A program made the translations under genes and the position numbers. From a virus (taxonomy: Duplodnaviria; Caudoviricetes): a stretch of 51,233 bases of DNA. How positions within the stretch are numbered: the stretch's first letter is position 1; the number at the start of each line of letters is the position of its first letter. Location of the stretch: the IMG/VR virus record IMGVR_UViG_3300020045_005825, positions 1-51,233 of that record; one strand, 5' to 3'. Below the pieces are notes generated by a model. It was given only the letters and a program-made list of their open reading frames with translations, was not told the DNA's origin and ran no database searches. Below are positions 45,346 to 51,233 of the stretch, piece by piece.

Positions 45346-45542
45346 CACCAACACCAAAAGATTTAAAAAATGCTCAGGAGTTCGTACAGCGAAAAGAATC
45401 CAAAGCGATTAGCGATATGTTTTGCTACTATGATAACGGAATGCTGATATTCTGTTCGCTACATCAGTACCTCGCCAAATACCTCCTCCACGAAGTCGCC
45501 GCTGGAAGGGTTAAGTTTACTGGAAATAGGGAGGAGGTATGA
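45342..45542 (+). CDS. hypothetical protein
   Basis: 66 aa, ATGA-coupled both sides. Confidence 0.6.
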   Translation: MTPTPKDLKNAQEFVQRKESKAISDMFCYYDNGMLIFCSLHQYLAKYLLHEVAAGRVKFTGNREEV

Positions 45543-46477
45543 AACACATATCATTATTCTCAGGAATCGGAGGTTTTGATCTGGCTTCTGAGTGGATGGG
45601 TTGGGAAAACGTAGCCCATTGCGAGTGGAACCCATTCGGACAAAAAGTTTTAAAATATTATTGGCCTAACGCAATTTCATACCATGACATCACAAAAACA
45701 GATTTCACTATTCACAGAGGAACAATCGACATCATTACAGGGGGATTCCCTTGCCAGCCATACAGCCAGGCAGGAAAACGTCTCGGAAAAGAAGATGAAC
45801 GCCATCTCTGGCCGGAAATGCTTAGGGCAATTCGAGAGATTCAACCGCGCTGGGTTGTGGGCGAAAACGTTCGTGGCCTTACTAATTGGAATGGAGGGCT
45901 GGTATTCGACGAAGTGCAGTCTGACCTGGAGGCTATCGGCTACGAGGTCACACCGTTTTTACTTCCAGCTTGTGCCGTTGACGCACCCCATCGACGTGAC
46001 AGGATTTGGTTTGTTGCTTACTCCGACAATGATGGAAGACAGGAGAATACCAAATGGAGTAGAGCAACGAGACAAGAATTTAGAGAGCAATATGAATCTT
46101 TACACCTATATGAGTCTACTTCCGACCCCAATAGCAGGGGACTGGAAAGGACAACTGAGGTCAGACGGGACAGCTTCAATGTTAAGCGGGAAAGCGAGTT
46201 TGGGATTATTGCCGACACCAACAGCCGACGACAACCCAGCGAAGAACACAGGAAAGAGGAATCAGGACAGCTTGCAGAAAAGGGCATTCCAGGAAACTGG
46301 GAAAACTTCCCAACTCAATCCCCGGTTTGTAATGGAAATGATGGGATTTCCGCCCGATTGGACGGAATTACCTTTCCTAAGTGGCGAAACGAATCAATCA
46401 AAGCAGGAGGAAACGCAATAGTCCCGCAAGTCGCCCACCAGATTTTTAAAGCAATCCAACAATACGAAAACCTATGA
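45539..46477 (+). CDS. DNA (cytosine-5) methyltransferase, alpha polypeptide (motifs I-VIII and X)
   Basis: LFSGIGG, GGFPCQPYSQAG, ENV, PHRRDRIW, GNAIVPQ; no motif IX in this frame. Confidence 0.92.
   Translation: MKHISLFSGIGGFDLASEWMGWENVAHCEWNPFGQKVLKYYWPNAISYHDITKTDFTIHRGTIDIITGGFPCQPYSQAGKRLGKEDERHLWPEMLRAIREIQPRWVVGENVRGLTNWNGGLVFDEVQSDLEAIGYEVTPFLLPACAVDAPHRRDRIWFVAYSDNDGRQENTKWSRATRQEFREQYESLHLYESTSDPNSRGLERTTEVRRDSFNVKRESEFGIIADTNSRRQPSEEHRKEESGQLAEKGIPGNWENFPTQSPVCNGNDGISARLDGITFPKWRNESIKAGGNAIVPQVAHQIFKAIQQYENL
45684..46421 (+). CDS. nested +1-frame C5-MTase beta polypeptide (TRD repeats and motif IX)
   Basis: 245 aa fully inside the MTase gene; LLxTP three times; LNPRFVMEMMGFPPDWT. 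Confidence 0.75.
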   Translation: MTSQKQISLFTEEQSTSLQGDSLASHTARQENVSEKKMNAISGRKCLGQFERFNRAGLWAKTFVALLIGMEGWYSTKCSLTWRLSATRSHRFYFQLVPLTHPIDVTGFGLLLTPTMMEDRRIPNGVEQRDKNLESNMNLYTYMSLLPTPIAGDWKGQLRSDGTASMLSGKASLGLLPTPTADDNPAKNTGKRNQDSLQKRAFQETGKTSQLNPRFVMEMMGFPPDWTELPFLSGETNQSKQEETQ

Positions 46478-46627
46478 AAATCCCACCCCAAGCCCAACGC
46501 ACCACCCACCAAGGCAAACCCGCTTACATATCCGGTATACGATTGGAACACGCAACATCGTGGCCGTACAAAGTGACGGCGTATGAGATTATTTGCTGCG
46601 ATGGGGTGTTTTTTGAACGACTGGCAC

Positions 46628-46657
46628 TTGCACAGTAAAAATTATTTCGTAAGTTTG
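46628..46657 (+). promoter_or_regulatory. promoter for terminase operon
   Basis: TTG-N19-TAAGTTTG. Confidence 0.75.
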
Positions 46658-46662
46658 CGGGT

Positions 46663-47058
46663 ATGGCTGATGATAAGAACCTAGGAGGCAGACCGCCTAT
46701 TTACGAACCAACAGAGGAAAACTTTGCTAAGGTGGCCTTACTCTGTGATTCTTATTTCAGAACACTAGAAAATGAATTACGACCTCCAACCGTTACCGGA
46801 CTAACTCTACACTTAGGTTTTGAATCAAAAGATACCCTTTACGCTTATTCAAAAAAGGATGGGTTTTCGTACCCGATAAAAAGAGCTTTGTTAAATATCG
46901 AGGAATACCACGAGATTGCAACGGCTCAAGGGGATAAATGCACAGGCAATATTTTCATTCTTAAAAACTTTGGATGGAAAGACACCCAGTCGGTAGATCA
47001 CTCAGGTAACATATCAAGCCTTCCACCGCAAATCACCTTTGTCGATGCCGATGAATAA
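46663..47058 (+). CDS. terS: terminase small subunit (P22 gp3-like)
   Basis: GGRPPIY, PTVTGLTLHLGF, IFILKNFGWKD. Confidence 0.85.
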   Translation: MADDKNLGGRPPIYEPTEENFAKVALLCDSYFRTLENELRPPTVTGLTLHLGFESKDTLYAYSKKDGFSYPIKRALLNIEEYHEIATAQGDKCTGNIFILKNFGWKDTQSVDHSGNISSLPPQITFVDADE

Positions 47059-48338
47059 TGAAATTCTCAAAAAAGTATAAGCCACTATTCGCACTGCTTA
47101 AAGGCGAATATCCCGAAGTTGATACTGTCATACTTACAGGAGGCAGGGGAAGCGCCAAATCATTCGTTATTGCCGTACTATCACTAACAGCTTTGGTCTA
47201 TCACTTCTGGAATATTCTATATACCAGATTTACCAACGTTTCGATTGTAGATTCTATTAAGCCTGAAGTAGACGATAAGATTGAATTGCTCGGGCTAACT
47301 GACTTCGTTACATCCACTACAAGCCATATAGAGCGATTAGGGAACCGAATAGCGTTCAAAGGCCTAAAGACCGGAAGCAAGCAGCAAACAGCTAATTTAA
47401 AATCCTTATTCGGATTCAATATGTTTGTTATTGATGAAGCTGAAGAAACACCCGACTATGAAACCTACGAAAAGGTTTTCCTGTCAATTAGGAGTAAGGA
47501 TAAGCGAAACCTTACGATATTGATTCTTAATCCCGCTAGCGCAGACCATTGGATTCACGATGAGTTTTTTGATAAGCGCGAGGTTGAAGACGGCTGGAAC
47601 GGGGTTAAGCAAAACGTTATGTACATTCACACTTCGTACTTAGATGTTCCAAAAGAATACATTGCCGACAACATTAGAAAGTACTACGAACGCCTGAAAG
47701 AAGAAAACCCAATAAAGTACGACCAGATTGTATTGGGTGGTTGGGTGACAGAGCCAGAAGGCGTATTACTTCCACTGAGCAAATTGAAATTCGCCAATCT
47801 AGATGACATTCCAGAAGAAAACATAGTTTATAAATTCTCGGTTGGTGATCCTGCTGATAAAGGTGGCGACTGCTTCTCGGTTCCGTTTATGCACGTGGTT
47901 GTAGTTGACAATCAACTGAGCGTGTTCGTTAAAGACGTTTTGCACAACAAGGACGGGATTGAGGCCAACAACGATAGAATTATTGACAAGTGCCGACTTA
48001 ATTACATTGAGGATGCTTATCTTGAGGTTAATGGTGTTGGAACCGCTTCATATTTGCTATTGAAAAGAGATTTAGCAAACCACGCGAAAGTAAAGCCGTT
48101 TACCGTATCAATTCCAAAAGAGACGCGAATATTGTCACACTATGAATTTGTGGAACGATACTTTATTTTCGACGAAAACTACAAATCAAACCCTGAATAC
48201 TGGCAATTCATAAAGCACGTGACGGGATACCAAAAAGACGATGACAAGGAAAACAAGAATAAAAAAGACGCTATAGATTCTTTATGTTCTGCTGCCAACA
48301 TCGTAAAAATCAAGTACAAAAACATCTTGTACGGATAG
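47058..48338 (+). CDS. terL: terminase large subunit (PBSX-like)
   Basis: TGGRGSAKS, IDEAEE, LNP, GDPAD, DAIDS. Confidence 0.92.
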   Translation: MKFSKKYKPLFALLKGEYPEVDTVILTGGRGSAKSFVIAVLSLTALVYHFWNILYTRFTNVSIVDSIKPEVDDKIELLGLTDFVTSTTSHIERLGNRIAFKGLKTGSKQQTANLKSLFGFNMFVIDEAEETPDYETYEKVFLSIRSKDKRNLTILILNPASADHWIHDEFFDKREVEDGWNGVKQNVMYIHTSYLDVPKEYIADNIRKYYERLKEENPIKYDQIVLGGWVTEPEGVLLPLSKLKFANLDDIPEENIVYKFSVGDPADKGGDCFSVPFMHVVVVDNQLSVFVKDVLHNKDGIEANNDRIIDKCRLNYIEDAYLEVNGVGTASYLLLKRDLANHAKVKPFTVSIPKETRILSHYEFVERYFIFDENYKSNPEYWQFIKHVTGYQKDDDKENKNKKDAIDSLCSAANIVKIKYKNILYG

Positions 48339-48342
48339 CAAT

Positions 48343-48376
48343 AAAAAAACCCGCCGTATCACTACAAGCGGGCTTT
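48343..48376 (-). terminator. probably bidirectional terminator between convergent genes
   Basis: A7-CCCGC...GCGGG-CTTT. Confidence 0.7.
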
Positions 48377-48397
48377 ACCAACTAAAAACCAATTCTT

Positions 48398-48829
48398 TTA
48401 ATTTTTCCTAACGAGTGCGCGGCTAACGATTCGTGAGCTTTGAGTCCCTGATGGTGTTACCAAAACCCTGTAATATTGGTAGAGACTAGGGATTGAATAA
48501 AACGAACAGTTCTGGCTTGACACATCGGTAAGGGTAAAAGTTCCCGCGCCAGGCACATCATTGTAAACAACACCGTCGATGCTGCCTTGTAATTTCACAG
48601 TACCGGCAACAGTTCCTGTAACCTTTGTGATAATACACTGCACCGTTACAGATTGGTTCACGCCCTTGATGATTGCGTACTGCGACTTAGCTGTTGCGTC
48701 GGTAATCGTGTCGGTTGTTGCGTGCGTCGGCGTCGACAGCAAATTGCCTAAGTTTGTGATAGCTGGTCCTGTGACCTGTGCGTTGCATACCCCAGCGAAT
48801 AGCAATAGGGCAAATAATAGTTTTTTCAT
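48398..48829 (-). CDS. secreted beta-sandwich protein (moron)
   Basis: Signal peptide MKKLLFALLLFAGVCNA-Q; KLQGSIDG..Y, YQYYRV. Confidence 0.8.
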   Translation of the reverse strand: MKKLLFALLLFAGVCNAQVTGPAITNLGNLLSTPTHATTDTITDATAKSQYAIIKGVNQSVTVQCIITKVTGTVAGTVKLQGSIDGVVYNDVPGAGTFTLTDVSSQNCSFYSIPSLYQYYRVLVTPSGTQSSRIVSRALVRKN

Positions 48830-48905
48830 TTTGTTTATATTTTAAAGTTGGGGTAAAAATAGCAAAGTTTTTCGTATGTTTGTTATCCAACTAAAAATAA
48901 ATCAA

Positions 48906-49166
48906 ATGGAAATCAAAAGAGTAAACGAGTTCTTGATTAGTGATGTTGCAGAACACCCAATAATCAGGATTGACGAAATTGTGTTTATTGACAGGGATAT
49001 AATGAGAAATAATATATCATTCTGTTTAAAAGACAAAGAATATCTCACATGGGGATTTGACGAAACAATGTCTACTACTATTGAGGAATCTTACGAGCAA
49101 ATCAAATCGCAACTAACCAAAGTGATAGTTTCTGGTTTAGACGCAGACACCGAAAGAATAAAATAA
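48906..49166 (+). CDS. hypothetical protein
   Basis: Likely start MEIKRV; the ATG at 48876 lies in promoter box TATGTTTG 48875-82. Confidence 0.65.
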   Translation: MEIKRVNEFLISDVAEHPIIRIDEIVFIDRDIMRNNISFCLKDKEYLTWGFDETMSTTIEESYEQIKSQLTKVIVSGLDADTERIK

Positions 49167-49201
49167 ATCCCCAACATTTACATTTATTCAAAATTTATTT
49201 A

Positions 49202-49312
49202 TAAGTTTGCGCATAGCTGGTGAAGATGCCAGCCTCCCCGAATGAGCAACACGAACGAAAATACTAACCAAGCCTTATCGCATAACTGCGGTAGGGCTTT
49301 TTTATTGGTGAG
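49202..49312 (+). promoter_or_regulatory. portal operon promoter and attenuator-like leader
   Basis: TAAGTTTG; hairpin GCTGGT-GAAGAT-GCCAGC; 13-bp terminator 49270-99 plus T run, before ATG 49318. Confidence 0.65.
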
Positions 49313-49317
49313 TTAAG

Positions 49318-50574
49318 ATGGCGTGGTACAATCCAAAAACGTGGGGCAAAGGATATTCGTTATCCGAGCAGGACAACACGGGGCAATGGATGGTGTATTT
49401 TAATCAATACGTCAACCAAAAAGGAATTAAAGAGTTTGCTTGCAAGGATGCTTACGCTCTTGCAGGAACAATAGCCGAAATATTCCTACCCATTGATACA
49501 ATAGCAGACGCTTGCGCTTCTTTGACATATAAGACGGTAGACAAAAACACATTGAAGGATGTTGAAATCAGCAATTCAAACTTAGCACGTTTAATTAAGC
49601 AGCCGAATCCATTCGATAAGTTTTCTGATTTGGTTTATAAAGGGGTTTTCAACAAGCTATCTGATGGGAATTGCTATGATTACACAAAGATTCCTGATAG
49701 CTATAAAAACCCAAACATTGATCTAATCACAAACGTTTGGACTTTGCAGCCCGACGTAACGGATTCAGTTATAAAGAAAGTAATACCGCCTCCGTTCGCT
49801 ATTAAAAGTCCATCGGATTTGATTGATTATTACAAAACGTTCTTTTTTTACAGCCAGACTATTGACCCGCGTTATATCCTACACTCAACATCGATGGGGA
49901 TTGGCAAGATGGGAAAAGCCGAAAGCCCGTTAAAATCCGTTGAGAAAAACATTAATAACCTTTTGGCGGTTTATTCCGCTAGGTTTAATGTTTACGATAA
50001 GAATATGAATGGTGGGATTTTAAGTAAGGCCCCAAGTTCTGCGGGTTCGTCATTACAAGAGGCGGTAGACCCAACGACAAGGGACGCAATGATGAAAGAC
50101 TTATCCGAGCGCAACGGATTGACTGGGAATAAGAATTTCATCGGGGTTTCTGCAATACCGTTGCAGTTTATCAAAACGATTGCCAGCATTCAGGAATTGC
50201 AGCCGTTTGATGAAACAGAGGCTGATGCGGTAGCGATTGCGTCGATATTCGGAATGGATTCGGATATGGTGCCGAAAAGAAACAGTAGCAAGTACGCAAA
50301 TAAGATTGACGGGGAGAGAAAATTGTGGCAAACCGTAATAAAATCCCAAGCAATCGAAAGGGGAATGGAATTATCAAAGGCTTTTTATTTACCGGACAAC
50401 GTTATTTTCTACCCTGATTTTACAACGGTTGAAATATTGCAAGAGGATAAGAAAACCAGCTACGAAGCTGATAAGATAATGATTGAGAATTTGGCGGCGT
50501 TAAAAGAGAACGGACAAACAGTTGATGACAATTTCGCCAAGATTAAGGAAAAATACGATGGGTTAATGATGTAG
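49318..50574 (+). CDS. portal protein, HK97 family
   Basis: IDTIAD, LIKQPNPF, DGNCY, ESPL, IASIFGM, KYAN. Confidence 0.9.
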   Translation: MAWYNPKTWGKGYSLSEQDNTGQWMVYFNQYVNQKGIKEFACKDAYALAGTIAEIFLPIDTIADACASLTYKTVDKNTLKDVEISNSNLARLIKQPNPFDKFSDLVYKGVFNKLSDGNCYDYTKIPDSYKNPNIDLITNVWTLQPDVTDSVIKKVIPPPFAIKSPSDLIDYYKTFFFYSQTIDPRYILHSTSMGIGKMGKAESPLKSVEKNINNLLAVYSARFNVYDKNMNGGILSKAPSSAGSSLQEAVDPTTRDAMMKDLSERNGLTGNKNFIGVSAIPLQFIKTIASIQELQPFDETEADAVAIASIFGMDSDMVPKRNSSKYANKIDGERKLWQTVIKSQAIERGMELSKAFYLPDNVIFYPDFTTVEILQEDKKTSYEADKIMIENLAALKENGQTVDDNFAKIKEKYDGLMM

Positions 50575-50579
50575 GAATT

Positions 50580-50693
50580 ATGGAAAAGAAAGAACTAAAT
50601 AAAATAGCTAAAAAAACAACTAACGAAAAGTTGAAAAAGTCTATTTCTGAAAAACAAAAAGCATTAACGGACAACAAACCTGTTAAAAAATGA
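50580..50693 (+). CDS. 37-aa Lys-rich protein
   Basis: MEKKELNKIAKK...NKPVKK*, ATGA-coupled to protease. Confidence 0.55.
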   Translation: MEKKELNKIAKKTTNEKLKKSISEKQKALTDNKPVKK

Positions 50694-51151
50694 TAAAAGC
50701 AATTGAGTTTCCAAATAGGGTATTCGCCAATAAGCAGGAATTATTTTCCGAGCTTAAGAAAAACGAAGCTAAAATTATCGATTTGAAAAAATCGCAAGTT
50801 TACGAGTCTCACAAAAAACACCAGTTTTCTTTTTTGAATGCAGACAAAGCTTTTTCAGGCTCAAGCAAATCTACTTTTGAGGCAAAAGAAGGATACATCT
50901 ACCCTATTATTTCTACCACAAATTATTTAGACAGCCACAAAGACGTTCATTTTAACGGATGCTTTACAAAAACAATTAAAGAACAGCAAGGTAAGGTAGT
51001 TTATGCGCTAGATCACGAATTGAAATATGATTCAATTATAGCTTGGAAAAAAGATGTCAATATGTTTTCGTCAATGATTGACTGGGCAATGGTTGGGAAA
51101 TCATACGATGGGCAAACAGAAGCTTTAGTTTTTGAAATAGCAAAAGACAAG
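50690..51151 (+). CDS. prohead protease, 3'-truncated at chimeric junction (not in ORF track)
   Basis: MIKAIEFPNR...ISTTNYLDSHKDVHFNGCFTKTI...ALDH; follows portal; frame open to window end. Confidence 0.75.
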
Positions 51152-51233
51152 ATAGGGCAAATAATAGTTTTTTCATTTTGTTTATATTTTAAAGTTGGGG
51201 TAAAAATAGCAAAGTTTTTCGTATGTTTGTTAT
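51152..51233 (+). repeat. exact 82-bp copy of 48805-48886
   Basis: ATAGGGCAAATAATAG...GTATGTTTGTTAT identical at both sites. Confidence 0.95.

Noticed and set aside
1-51233. Stop-codon recoding, DGR, retron or integrase
   Set aside because: Genes are intact and tightly packed in the standard code; no reverse transcriptase or recombinase motifs seen.
48805-51233. 82-bp repeat as a phage direct terminal repeat or att site
   Set aside because: The copy is internal, interrupts the protease gene and does not match the window start.

Overview
Tailed-phage DNA from a probable Bacteroidetes (Flavobacteriales-like) host, inferred from repeated TAnnTTTG promoter boxes, AT-rich starts without Shine-Dalgarno sequences, and DUF5675/DUF3127-type genes. 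The contig looks chimeric. About 1-9660 is an AT-richer morphogenesis fragment of one phage (tail/virion genes, tail-tube-like protein, Zn-finger portal, minor head protein, start of a scaffold gene). About 9660-10280 is a short mosaic junction. About 10280-51150 is a near-complete ~41 kb siphovirus: HK97-type capsid, neck, tail tube, tape measure, tail tip, lysis, early genes, recombination, primase-helicase plus origin, C5 methyltransferase, terminase, portal and a truncated prohead protease. The last 82 bp copy 48805-48886. No integrase, tRNA, rRNA or CRISPR array was seen. Main points of interest: (1) a C5-MTase split over two overlapping frames, whose nested frame carries motif IX, three LLxTP repeats and a clamp-binding-like QISLF; (2) a cluster of promoter-RNA-terminator units at 28.6-29.0 kb, including a multi-helix pseudoknotted RNA; (3) an intergenic RNA containing a 19-nt match to 23S rRNA helix 11; (4) attenuator-like leaders at 20.7 and 49.2 kb; (5) a 12-repeat symmetric origin; (6) a stand-alone FtsK-gamma domain; (7) Fur-box-like palindromes at several promoters. 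Family assignments come from motif recognition, not database searches.
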